From Eledone cirrhosa (lineage: Eukaryota): DNA of 64,000 nt. Numbering within the stretch: the first letter of the stretch is position 1; each line of letters opens with the position of its first letter. Location: contig OZ024741.1 in the NCBI GenBank assembly GCA_964016885.1, positions 60,016,001 to 60,080,000 of the forward strand, read 5' to 3'. Under the pieces are notes generated by a model, which was given only the letters and a program-made list of their open reading frames with translations, ran no database searches and was not told the origin of the DNA. Position numbers and translations under genes: made by a program. Positions 1 through 12,281 of the stretch are shown here, one piece after another.

Positions 1-1709
1 TGTAACAAGTCTGGCCCATTGAATAGCAAGTACAATTCACTTTTGCCAACGTTCGTGAGCCGAACACATGAAAATGATATCCACGACTTCTTAACTGCTA
101 GATTTTATTTTTTATTCCATTTGCACATCACTGCTTTTCTATTGTTCAGTTGTAGATCAAGAATGGGAAGCATGTACAAACCGTATTCAAAATATCGTTT
201 TGCTAATCAAGTTGACTAGAAGACAATAAACTTTTGACTTACGCCTCAAAACTAAGTATATGCTTTATTAATCAACATTAGAGATCCATTTTAGTGCAGC
301 TATTTGCTTTTGATGCCAATCCACCAGAAACCGCCACTAATCCTATGATTCAAAACGGCTTGTTATAAAGTTTATATATTTATCTAAAGATTTTCTATCA
401 TAATTTTATTTAAAATTATTTCTGTTATGTTATGTTATGTTCCAAATATAAGATTAATGGGAAAATTATATTACTGACTGCATCAAAATTCTTGATTATT
501 TTCAAAATTATTTGAAAATCATACGCAATGTCTTTTATTAGAAATATGGTAAATAAAGGTTAATCCGGCAGCTTGAACATGACGGGACCAGAATAGAATT
601 TTTTAGTAATTTAAAATTCTTTAGTACCAGTTTTGATATGAATCATAAATGAAAACTTATTGATCGAACCTACAGTTTGATACCACCTCTCAGTACTATT
701 AGCATTTATCTCACACCAAATATTTACAAACAAATGCTTTGAGATTAGTTTTAATTATTAAACACAACTTTAGATAACATGATACTATGTATAGCAGTAC
801 TGGAAATTCGACGTTTTCAGAAATATATACTCATTTACAATATTTTTCAGAATGGTGTTCATCCGAAATTTCGGTCAATTCTATGGTTATCATCAACGAA
901 TCAAAAAGTCTCTTATTCACTTTTTTGTGGAATTGTGCTATCTAAGACGGCACTACTGGTAGTCGTTTTTTCTCTCATTCAATGAATTTAAAATCATGTT
1001 ATAGTTGGTCCTTCTTTGACCGCTTAACGCCATGTCTCTCTCATTTCCTAGGCATTGTGGTATCCATTCTTGAAACAAGAATTTCTAGCAAGATTGGTCC
1101 TGATTTGGCAGCTCACCTTCCACCACTTTATCATAACCGAGATATTGTAATGATTGCTCCAGTTTTGGCATTATCTCATTACTGGGATATTATTTCCTTA
1201 TTTCCTTATTCTTGTTCCATAAATACTTCCATGGTCGTTGATCAGCGAAACGTTCGATACTTGTTCCCACTTTAAGGTTTTTGATCGGTTTTACACTTTT
1301 CAATGTGGTTCTCTGATCTATCAGATCCTTTCCTCGAATATCTGTGGAACTCTCTCTTTTCTTCTTTCTTAATTAATGGGAAGTAATTCTGAGTGAGTAA
1401 TGGTGGAAGTATTGGCGGTGGTGGTGACACTGAATTTTCGCCACGACCAGGAATACCAAAGGTGTTTTTTTCTAAATTCAAGAAAGCGTTTAAATATAAG
1501 TGTAAATACAGAGGCAACGGAGAGAAGGTCCAGCTTAATCTTGCCAACAAAAGCTCCTTACGATTTAAATACTCAAAAGGTTCAGCAAAAACACACCCAG
1601 AAACCATGTCCTGAATGCAATATGATCCCCTTAAGGTTAAGGTTCGAAATACATGCATGCGGGTGTTTCTTCTCTGAAGACCCGATATCTAGATCGCCCA
1701 AGAGTGTCT

Positions 1710-1712
<3 letters not shown>

Positions 1713-1770
<58 letters not shown>
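1713..1770. repeat. (TA)n microsatellite
   Basis: Pure TA run visible in the sequence. Confidence 0.95.
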
Positions 1771-1778
<8 letters not shown>

Positions 1779-2072
1779 GTTCAAGAGTGAACCGATCTTA
1801 AAGGGAGAGAGGGATATAGGCGAGGAGAAGAGAGATTGGTGAATTTATTAGAAGCCAAAAGCGTAAAGGCATGTGCTCAATGTGCAAAAAGCAGTGGAAG
1901 GCAGCTAGATGGCTGGGTCTCATGCAGAGATTAGATGCACAGAGCTAGAAATATTCATTAGCTAAGCAAAGATAAGACCACAAATTTCACAAGGAAGACA
2001 TTATTTTAAAAAAGTCAACATAGTTTCAGTATATGTGAGGAATAAGGAGTGTAGTAATAATTTAATGTAAGG

Positions 2073-2074
<2 letters not shown>

Positions 2075-2141
<67 letters not shown>
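2075..2141 (+). repeat. (TAA)n microsatellite, retrotransposon target; similar tracts at 6489-6521, 11878-11896, 12140-12280, 17164-17190, 33582-33609, 39207-39227, 39298-39318, 40449-40511, 50633-50664, 57433-57480, 59948-59996, 63603-63668
   Basis: All these tracts read TAA on the + strand and abut element ends. Confidence 0.95.
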
Positions 2142-2142
<1 letters not shown>

Positions 2143-2386
2143 TTTTCTTTATTAACCACAAGGGTTTACATAAAGTAGACATTAAGGACAGTACAGGACA
2201 ATACAGGACGGTACAAATGGGCATTTCTGCGTGTAAAAAAAAACAGAGGTTGAAATAAAATAACAAAGAAAAATTCCCCAATAGGGGGGAGACTTCCGAG
2301 GGACATCTGTGGAGAAAGCCCATTAAAAGACCACAGTGGCCCTGACCACCAGGGCAAGTGCCCTCTCCCAGTTTTCCACCTTTAAT

Positions 2387-4156
2387 TTACAGACACATAC
2401 TCATTCGGGCCATAATTGCTTGTCTCACCCATCTTTCAACAAAATGCTGGGAAGAGAGCACTTCCCTCTCTACCCTGATTTTCCTTTTCAAATGAAATTT
2501 GAAAAAGTTAATCAGAGCATCACCGAAGAGGTAAGTGCTCGTCTTCAGCCCTTTCAAACGTGTCCACCATACTATCTCTTTCGCCATGGCCACCAGACAG
2601 ATAAAAACTGCCTGCCCTTCCCGGCTAAAGGAGGAGGGCGGGGCAATCCTCACGACGGACTCAGATGATAGCCGGATCTGTCCTAAACGCGACAGCAGGT
2701 GTTCGACATAAACCCACAAGTCAGCAATTTTCGGACACTGGACGAGTGCGTGCAGGACGGTTTCGTCGCCCTGTGCGCATCTCGGACATGCCCGGCTGAC
2801 GGCACCTCCATGCCTGTAGAGCTTATCCCGAACTGGCAAGGCTCCTCGGTAGCACTGCCAGGCCAGAGATTTCTGGAAGTTGTCCATAGGCCCTGGCCCG
2901 AAAGTTCTTCCGAAGAGATTGGCTAGTTGATTTTCGTCGACGCCTAGAGTTTCCCCAAGTACGTCGTCGCTCTTCCCCTCCACTAATCCTCTATAGAACG
3001 CCGAGGTGGAGTTTCCAGTGATCACATTGCCCGATTGGTCGAGGGCTGTGAGCGCCTGAAGACATTCCAGTCTCCAGGCGCTCCCTCTCGGTCTTCGCTT
3101 GACCCAGGACTGCAGCTCCGTCAAGGAAACGAGCTGGGGAAATACGTGTCTAGCAAACGGCGACCACACCTGATCACCATCGAGGAAGAGGTGGAGATGT
3201 CGTAGCCTGAGCGCGTGCCTGCGCATCATCAGCCACGGCATGCCCAGCCCTCCACGTAGCGGATGTTGACAACAGATGGACCGCCTGACCATCGGAGCGC
3301 GTCCCTTCCACAAAAAGCGAAAGAGCAAACGCTCCAGCGCAGTCAGGCGAGGCTTAGGACAAGGTACGACGGTCAGGCGGTAGCAGATGGCAGACGCGAT
3401 GTACGCGTTAGCCACCTCCGCTCGACCTTTCAGGTATAGCTTCCTCTCCGCCCATTTCTGGGTGAGAGAAGCCACTCTGCTCGTCACCTCGTCCCAGTTT
3501 CTGTCCGTCTGGAGGTCCGGACCGAACCAGACCCCTAGCAATTTAACCGGTCCGTCCGTCCAGCGTCCAACGACGCTGTTGGACGGCATGGACCTGCCTC
3601 TCGAGGTGCCGAGCTCCAATCGGTACCTGTCAGACAGTTCAAAACGCCTGAGCAGGTTGGTGAGGCACTTGCAGCCTCCACCCCTATCCGCTAATCCCAC
3701 ACAATCGCAGCATGCATCTAAGATCCCGTTCCAGTCGCCCAATAAGTCTAAAGAGCGGGACGTTCCAAGAAAGGTCTCCAGACGCCGGAAGAAATCAGGC
3801 CGCCCTGCTCCTGTCGGGGCATAGACGGCCACTAGCCTGAAAGCTTGCCCATCTCCGCTGGTCACGTCCAGCACCACCAGCTTACCCTCTGGGTCCAGGA
3901 AGATGGCCCGTATGGCGAGATCCAAACCTCACCGAAAAAGCACAGCAACTCCTCCCCCCGACCCAGGACGGCTGGGAGATGCGTACACATCGTAGCCGCC
4001 GAAGATCGGTGCGAAGGTCCGTGCTTCGGAGATTCTGGTCTCGCTGATGGCCACTACATCTATGTTTAGTGACCTGAGGTCGTTGAGCAGGTGACCCTGC
4101 TTCCATGACGAGCCCAAGCCACGCGCATTTATGCTGCCTATTCTGAGTGAGGTCAT
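2387..4156 (-). pseudogene. Tx1 ORF2 remnant: APE N-terminal part fused in frame to C-terminal region, RT core deleted at about 3615; frameshift near 3930
   Basis: ORF pieces 3929-4156 and 2387-3925; the junction DRYRL|ELGT skips sequence present in copies 2, 3 and family C. Confidence 0.88.
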
Positions 4157-4191
4157 GTTTAAAATAGAGTGGAAAAGATGGGAAAGACCAC

Positions 4192-6268
4192 TTACCGTAC
4201 TTTTGGTAGAGGAGGGATGGTTTTTACATCCCTTTTCACTTGATCGTCTGGTGAAGGGACCGTTGAATCGTCCCTTCGGCTGTTCGTCGGCTCTTCTAAG
4301 AGAATGTCTGAATATACTCTTCGATTGATAGTTCCTCCTAGGTCCCTGAAATCACCAACTGCGTTGGGGAATTTCGTTTTAATGTTTGTGTATTGTTTCT
4401 GTGCTATTTTTAGCAGTCTTATGTTAGTTGGCGTTTTGATTGGTGCTGGTATTATGTAGTCGTGTTGTGAAATGTCTGTGTGTTCAATTATGTAAGTCAT
4501 TAGTTTCTTGTTGTGTGTATTTATTGCCGTGCATTTGTTTTTCTGGGGGTGGGGTGTGGTTCTGCTATTTTCTTGTCGTTCTTGCTGGGTGTGTGTGTTT
4601 TGTTGTTGTGTTTGCGATGTTGGTGCTTGTGGTGGTGGGATTGTCGCCGGTGGTGATGGTGGTGCTAGTGTGGGTGGTGATGGTGTTGGTGGTGTTGTTG
4701 CTGTGGGTCTCTTTGCAGTAGACTTTACCCTTTTCTCATTTCTGTCCTCCCTTTTCAAAGGCGACGATGCGCTGCTTCTGCGTTTGTGCCTTCTTACGAT
4801 CTTTTGCCATCTCTCTCCCACCTCACACTCCATGTCTGATTCCGTGAGGTCGGGGAGGGGTACCAGCTCCACTCTTTCACTTGTTGTTGTTGGTGATGTT
4901 TGCACTGGAGTCTCTGTTGCAGCTGCATTTGGTATTGCTGTTGTTGTTGTTAATATTTCCACTGCTGCTGCTGTTTTTGATTTCCGTGGCGTGGGTATGG
5001 GTGCCACGGACCTATCGTTCCTGGTTGCCGCTTGTCCTGTTGCTGGTAACCGTGGAGCCGGTTTCGGAAGGAGGAGGGGTTCTCCTTTCTCAGGGTCTTC
5101 TCGTTGCAGAAGGCCCTGAGATGAGTCTTCGATCCACAGCGAAAGCATTTCGGGCGTTTTCCCTCAACACTTATGGGCAGTTGAGTGCCGTTATCGAAGT
5201 CTATCACATCCGGGATAGCTTCGATGCACTCCTGGTTGGTTTGGATTACCATCTCAATGGAGGTGCCGACCCAATCTTCTCTTACTTTTTTCTGTACTTG
5301 CAGTACAGTTGTTTTGTCCTCGATTCCGACGAGGACAGACGCGGCCTGCCAAGAATGGGCCATCCCGAGGGGACGTGGGTCAGTTTGACCCTCACAATTG
5401 TTTGCCCGCAATAGGAGGGCACCAACACCATTTCCTCGCTCCTTAGGGTCACTACGTATTGGGCCTTTGCCTCCTGGGGTATGGCAAAAAGTACGTCTAC
5501 GGTGGCATATTTTTTTACTCGGGTGATGTGCGTTTTCCGCTGCCACACAGACCCCAAGGCTTTTTGTATTTGAGCCTCTGTGGCTCTTTCCACCCTACGG
5601 GATTTTGTACTTACTGTACGGTACGTGACCGTACAGTGCTGTTGGGTTTCGAAAAATGTTTCCGCTGCCTTGCAGATTGGTCGGTGTCCAGTCTTTGTCA
5701 CCATCTTCTTCGCTTCCTCTAATTCCTCATTTGTTATGAGGATTGTTTCCAAGTTTTTCGCAATACCTGCAAATGAGATTGGTTTTTCTTTGCTGCTGTT
5801 GTTGCTGTTGTCGTCAGAGCTGCTGGTACTTTTGTTGTTGCTGCAGGTAATACGACTACTGCCTCCACCGCTGTTGCTGTGGTTGTTGTTGGTGTTGCTG
5901 CTGCTAATGCTGTTGTTGTTTATGCTGCTGGTGATGATGTTGCGGCTGCTACTGTTGTTTTCATTGTCACTGTTGCTGTTGTTATTACGGCTGCTACTGC
6001 TATTATTCCTGACGTCAGACGAATGAACTGGGTTTTCGTATTTCCTGCACACCTGTTTCGTCGCTGTCGTCGTCGTCGTGTAGAAATCTTGCACGCTTTG
6101 CACGAGACTTTTCTTTTCTTTCGTCGCTTGCGAAAGAGAAGGGAGGGAGAGAGACAGATTTAAAGAAGGGAGGGAGAGAGACAATCTTCTCTCTGATGTA
6201 GTGACGATTGAGGAAAAAGAAGACGGAATGAGTGGGAGTGACCTATGCAAATTCTTTTTCGTAGCCAT
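4192..6268 (-). pseudogene. Tx1 ORF1 (gag-like, zinc knuckle RPKCFRCGSKTHLRAFC), frameshifted into 3 pieces
   Basis: ORFs 5282-6316, 4950-5546 and 4192-5148; Asn/Ser/Thr-rich N-terminus and Pro/Thr-rich C-terminus. Confidence 0.85.
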
Positions 6269-6488
6269 GTTGTTTTTTTTTTTTGTTAAAAATAAATATT
6301 GGGTACAAAACCCCAATAAACAGTTATTTAACCCCGAAGGGCCAAATAACGGGCAGAAAGACCCCTCTCACGAGGAGGAGGGTGTTTTTGTCTACAAGTT
6401 GGTCTAAGTTTTAAACAATTTACAATTGTTATAGCGTTCAAAATTTACAGTACCTTACAGAGCCGAGCCTCCGTCAACCATAGCATTC

Positions 6489-6521
<33 letters not shown>

Positions 6522-6522
<1 letters not shown>

Positions 6523-9205
6523 TTTTCTTTATTAACCACAAGGGTTTACATAAAGTAGACATTAAGGACAGTACAGGACAATACAGGACGGTACAAATGG
6601 GCATTCTGCGTGTAAAAAACAGAGGATGTAACAAAATAACAAAGAAAAAATTCCCCAATAAGGGGGGAGACTTCCGAGGGATATTTGTGGAGAAAGCCCA
6701 TTAAAAGACCACAGTGACCCTGACCACCAGGGCAAGTGCCCTCTCCCAATTTTCCACCTTTAATTTACAGACACATACTCAGAGAAGGCCCATTCATTCG
6801 GGCCATACTTGCTTCTCTCACCCATCTTTCAACAAAATGCTGGGAAGAGAGCACTTCCCTCTCTACCCTGATTTTCCTTTTCAAATGAAATTTGAAAAAG
6901 TTAATCAGGTCATCACCGAAGAGGTAATGCTCGTCTTCAGCCCTTTCAAACGTGTCCACCATACTACCTCTTTCGCCATGGCCACCAGACAGATAAAAAC
7001 CGACTGCCCTTCCAGGCTAAAGGAAGAAGGCGGGGCAATCCTCACGATGGACTCAGTTGATAGCTGGATCCGTCCCACACGCGACAGCAGGTGTTCGACA
7101 TAAACCCACAAGTCAGCAATGCTCGGACACTGGAAGAGTGCGTGCAGGACGGTTTCGTCGCTCTGCGCGCATCTCGGACATGCCCGGCTGACGGCACGTC
7201 CTTGCCTGTAGAGTTTATCCCGAACTGGCAAAGCACCTCGGTAGTACTGCCAGGTCAGGGATTTCTGGAAGTTGTCCATAGGCCCCGGCCCGAGAGTTCT
7301 TCCGAAGAGATTGGCTAGTTGATTTCCGTCAACGCCTAGAGTTTCCCCGAGTACGTCGTCGCTCTTCCGCTCCACTAATCCTCTATAGAACGCCAAGGTG
7401 GAGTTTCCACCGATCACATTGCCCGATTGGTGAGGGCTGTGAGCGCCTGATGACATTCCAGTCTCCAGGCGCTCCCTCTCGGTCTTCACTTGACCCAGGA
7501 CTGCAGCTCCGTCAAGGAAACGAGCTGGGGAAATACGTGTCTAGCAAACGGCGACCACACCTGATCACCATCGAGGAAGAGGTGGAGATGTCGTAGCCTG
7601 AGCGCGTGCCTGCGCATCATCAGCCACGGCATGCCCAGCCTCCACGTAGCGGATGTTGACAACAGATGGACCGCCTGACCATCGGAGCGCGTCCCTTCCA
7701 CAAAAAGCGAAAGAGCAAACACTCCAGCGCAGTCAGGCGAGGCTTAGGACAAGGTACGACGGTCAGGCGGTAGTAGATGACGGACGCGATATACGCGTTA
7801 GCCACCTCCGCTCGACCTTTCAGGGATAGCTACCTCTCCGCCCATTTCTGGGTGTGAGAAGCCAACTTGCTCGTCACCTCGTCCCAGTTTTTGTCCGTCT
7901 GGAGATCCGGACCGAATCAGATCCTGAGCAATTTAACCGGTCCGTCCGTCTAGCGCCCGACGACGCTGTTGGACGGCAGGGACCTGCCTCTCCAGGTGCC
8001 GAGCTGCAGGCCCACCGACTTTCTCTGGTTGATCATTGCTCTTGTCACCGCTTCGTATTCTCTTAGTGTAGTGCCGATCGCCTCGATGTGTTTTGCGTTC
8101 GACACCACTACAGTGACATCGTCCGCAAATGCTGACACGGATCTTCCGCATCCTAGTTCGCGCGGGACCCCCCTCAACGTCTCCAGTTTGTGCAGTAATG
8201 GCTCGAGAGTCAATACGTACAAGAGGGACGAGAGGGGACATCCTTGGCGGACCGAGCGCATGATGTTGAAAGATGACCGTTCACTCTCACCACAGAGCAG
8301 ATGTCGCTGTGCATGGCAGCGATCCAGCCTCTGAAGACCGGCCCAAAACCAGCCGCCCTCAGGACTGCCGCTAGTTAACGATGGTCGACCCTATCGAAAG
8401 CTTTCGACTGATCTAAATTGATCAAGGACCCACCCGTGCCAGGTTCCCTAGCTACCCTCCCTACGATGTATCGCATGAGGTGGAGGTTGTCGAGTATGGA
8501 TCTGTCGGGAATGGCGCATGTCTGCGCCTCTACCACCAGACCACCAACGACATGCGCCAACCTCTTTGCTAGCACCTTGGCCAACATCTTGAACTCTGTG
8601 TTTAACAGAGTTATGGGCCTAAAATTATCTATGTTATCCCCCTTGTTCGGATCCTTTTCCCAGCAGCGGCACAGCTCCTCGGCTCACAGAGCTCGGAATT
8701 CTCCCGTTCTGTTGCCAGTTGCAGTAGACGTCCGCCAAGAGGCCTCCGAACAAGTCTGGCATCTGTACGTAAAGTTCATAGGGCAGACCATCCAAACCAG
8801 GCGATTTACCCCTTGTGCAGCTAGTCATTGCCTCCCGTAATTCAGCGGCTGTTATCGGCTTTACTCAACACTCCGCCTCAGTGGCCGAGAGCCGCGGCAG
8901 TGCGTCGAGGTAGACACTAAAATCCATCCCTCGATCCGGCCCGCTGCTGCCCCCGAACATTGAGCGAAGTGTCGCTGAAAAGCTTCACACATTTGCCCGG
9001 GATCGAGTAGCATGCGCCCGTCGTAGTCCACCAAGGACCGGATCGTGGCTTTGTTGCCACGATGCGCCTCCGCCACTCGGGCCCATTGAACGGCTTTCGT
9101 CCCCTCGAGTCTGAGAGCACGCACCCTAGCTCTGACAACGCAGCCTTCGTGCTTTGCATTGAAGAATTGATCAAGGGCCAATTTCGCCGCAAGTACGTCG
9201 GTCGC
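6522..9205 (-). mobile_element. Tx1 family A, copy 2 (3' half, degraded RT, 5' part deleted)
   Basis: Near-identical 3'UTR to copy 1; RT motifs KSPGLDG, LDQSKAFDRV, RQGCPLS, AFADD. Confidence 0.92.
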
Positions 9206-11873
9206 TTTGAAAAACGATCTAGATTCTATAAGGACAATAATATGTTCAAAAACAACCAAAGAAACTTCTACAGAAAAATTGGTAAGTCAACAATAACTGC
9301 TAAATCAATACCACCCAAGGAGGAAGTGCAAGAATTCTGGGAAAAGATCTGGGCCGAAGAAAAAGTTCATAACATACATGCCCCATGGATAGACAGACAA
9401 ATGAAAGATACAGCTCACCTTGAGGAACAAATATGGGAAAACATAACAGTTGAACAGTGGCGCTTGGCTCTAAGAAAAACCAGCAAATGGAAATCCCCAG
9501 GAAAAGACAAAATACAAAATGTTTGGATAAATGCCTTCACAGAGTCTCATGAGCTGTTAGCCCAACTTTACAATGAAATAGTTAAGGAGCCAGAAAAGAT
9601 ACCATCATGGCTAGTTAACAGCATTACATTCCTGCTTTCGAAGAATGATGAGACAAACAATCCCAAAAATTACAGACCGATAACTTGCTTGACCACAATG
9701 TATAAAATTTTAACATCAGTCCTAATTGAATATACATATGACCACCTGATAACAAATGACCTATTTCACATTGAGCAGAAAGGGTGTAAACGACGCTCAT
9801 ATGGCTGTAAGGATCAGCTTTTGGTTAACAAAATGATACTGGAAGATTGTCATAATAGACACAAAAATCTATCAATTGCTTGGATAGATTATAAAAAAGC
9901 ATTCGATAGTTTGCCACACAGTTGGATTGAAAAATGTTTAGAGATTTTCAAAATATCTCCCGTTGTCAGGAGGGTTTTGTCATTCAGTATGAAGACATGG
10001 AAAACGACACTCCTTTTGAATAGTGAAACAAAATCACTGGAAGCTGGAGAAGTTAATATTAATTGTGGAATTTTCAGCGTGTCACCGCTTTATTGTGTAT
10101 CGCACTTATACCATTAAGTAAAATGCTCAATAAAACAAAACATGGATATAAAGTCTATGGCAAAACCATTAATCACTTGTTCTACATGGATGGCCTGAAA
10201 CTATTTGCAAAAAATGATGAACGGTTGCAAGGGCTATTATCCAGTGTGGAGCAGTTCAGTGATGACATTAAAATGGAGTTTGGACTAGATAAATGCGCCA
10301 AAGCAACGTTCACCAGAGGAAAGCTGCTGAAAAGTTCAGACATTAATCTTGATCGGGGGAATGTGATAAGAGAACTTGATCAAGAGGAAACTTACAAATA
10401 TCTAGGTGTTTGTGAAGGAGATGGAATCAAGCACTCGACAATGAGGGAAAGGATAAGGAAGGAATGTTACCGCAGAGTAAGAGCAATCTTAAGAACGGAA
10501 TTGAATGCAAGGAATAGGATCGATGCCATAAACACGCTTGCCATACCAGTAGTAACCTACAGTTACATTGTCATCAACTGGTCAAGCACAGAGATCCGTA
10601 GGCTCGATACAAAAATTCGAAAATGCTTAACCATGCACTGAATGCATCACCCTAAGGCAGATATAGATAGAATATATCTCCCTAGGAAAGAAGGAGGACG
10701 TGGGTTAGTTCAGTTAGACATTGCGTTGAAAACTGCAACAATTGGATTATCTACATATCTAAGGGAATCACATGATTGGATGATCAAACTCGTTTTGAAA
10801 CACGAAAGCATCAAAAGATCATACTCCATTACAAAAGATGCACAAAGATACAGTAATGGACTACAAATTTCAGAAGTCCCATTTACTGCTGAAATGGAAA
10901 ATACAGAAAAAGCAAAGCAGGTAAAAGTAACTGCAAACAAAGAACTGCTACAGAAACTGGCTAAGAAATGGCAAGAAAAGCCTCTGTATGGAAAATACCC
11001 AGAACGAGCTAGCAATCCTGATGTTGACAAAACTTTAACCCATCAGTGGTTGGCATCTTCTGGACTGAAATCGGAGACTGAAGGACTGATTATATCAGCA
11101 CAAGATCAGTGTCTGCCAACAAAAAATTACCAAGCCAACATAATAAAAAATGGATGCAGCCCATTATGCCGTGTATGTAAAAAACAACCAGATACCATTG
11201 ACCATATAATTTCAATGTGCAGTCCTATGGCTCCAACCGAATACCTAAACAGGCATGACAGAGCTGCACAATACATACATTGGATACTGTGTAAGCATTT
11301 TGACCTGCCCCATCAAAAGAATTTGTGGGAGCATCAACCACCTCCCATACTTGCAAAAGATCACATCTCAATCATGTGGAACTTTAGCATCGAAACAGAC
11401 CGAAACATAGATGCAAATAGACCTGATATAATATTGAAGGACTTTAAAAAGAGGGTATGCCTGCTAATTTATATGTTCGTTCCAATAGACAAGAATGTAT
11501 CTATAAAAACATTTGAAAAATTGAGCAAGTATAAGGACCTGGAGATAGAAATTGGAAAAATGTGGAAATTGAGAACTAAAACAATACCAGTGGTTGTAGG
11601 CGCTCTAGGAATGATACCTAAGAGGTCTAATGATTACTTATCGCAAATCCCAGGAAACCCGCGTATAGGAGAAACACAAAAATAGTACTAATGGGAACTG
11701 CCCATATACTAAGGAAGATTCTGTCAATATAAGTACATCACAAGTCTAAACACCTAAAGATGCATGTGTGAGTAAGTATGTTCTTTCTTGAACATGGCGG
11801 ACCTTGTTGTTTCTTCAGGTCACTGGTCGTGACTTGGTGATAACTTGTATGAACATAAAGCAAGATAAATGCA
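9203..11873 (+). mobile_element. R4/Dong-clade non-LTR retrotransposon, family A, copy D1 (5'-deleted, defective)
   Basis: Closely matches 14482-17163; frameshift near 10075, YMDG in place of YMDD, TGA at 10639. Confidence 0.93.
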
Positions 11874-11896
11874 GCTGTAATAATAATAATAATAAT

Positions 11897-12135
11897 TGTA
11901 CTGGGTACGTTTTGTTGTGTTACCAACAGTAGAAACGTTGTCGTGCAAAACACAACAGAAGAGTCACCTCATTCTTTTTTTGGCATAGTTTCTATAGCTG
12001 GATGCCCTTTCTACCACCAACTACCTTACATAGTGCACTTGGTGTGTTTTACCGTGTCACCAACTCTAAAGAGATTGTCGCACCCTTGACACAACTGAAG
12101 AGTTTTCTCAACCCTTTTTAGACATGATTTCTAAC
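11897..12135 (-). mobile_element. SINE-like fragment with internal sub-repeat
   Basis: Contains TTTCTATAGCTGGATGCCCTTTCTA, the reverse of an AGGAAGGGCATCCAGC-type SINE domain recalled from invertebrate repeats; degraded. Confidence 0.35.
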
Positions 12136-12191
<56 letters not shown>

Positions 12192-12222
12192 GAAATTTTA
12201 GACATTAGACATGATTTCTAAC

Positions 12223-12280
<58 letters not shown>

Positions 12281-12281
<1 letters not shown>

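Larger units (their letters stand above)
2142..6488 (-). mobile_element. L1/Tx1-clade LINE, family A, copy 1 (both ends present, ORF2 internally deleted)
   Basis: Flanked by (TAA)n at both ends; sense start GAATGCT shared with copy 3; ORF1 with CX2CX4HX4C knuckle; ORF2 start MTSLRIGSINARGL, GDWNG, C-terminal CPRC...HALVQC; 3' end AATAAAGAAAACA-(TTA)n. Confidence 0.93.

Noticed and set aside
860-1710. Possible decayed RT (F*FVDD, GPILL on the minus strand) and CTGAAGA near 1674
   Set aside because: Too degenerate; no complete motif set or hammerhead GAAA partner.
4440-6163. Plus-strand hydrophobic ORFs opposite Tx1 ORF1 (also 37156-38706, 44472-45967, 55539-57073)
   Set aside because: Antisense shadows of low-complexity ORF1 codons.
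6361-6385. HDV-like ribozyme suggested by CTCCTCGTGAG in the Tx1 5'UTR
   Set aside because: No P1/P1.1/P4 arrangement or catalytic C-containing J4/2 found; a simple GNRA hairpin explains it.
9062-10117. 351-aa ORF as a novel fusion protein
   Set aside because: The N-terminus is antisense Tx1 read across a deletion junction into a defective Dong copy.
10639-10641. Shared TGA as programmed readthrough or selenocysteine
   Set aside because: It replaces an Arg codon present in D2/D4 and co-occurs with a dead RT motif.
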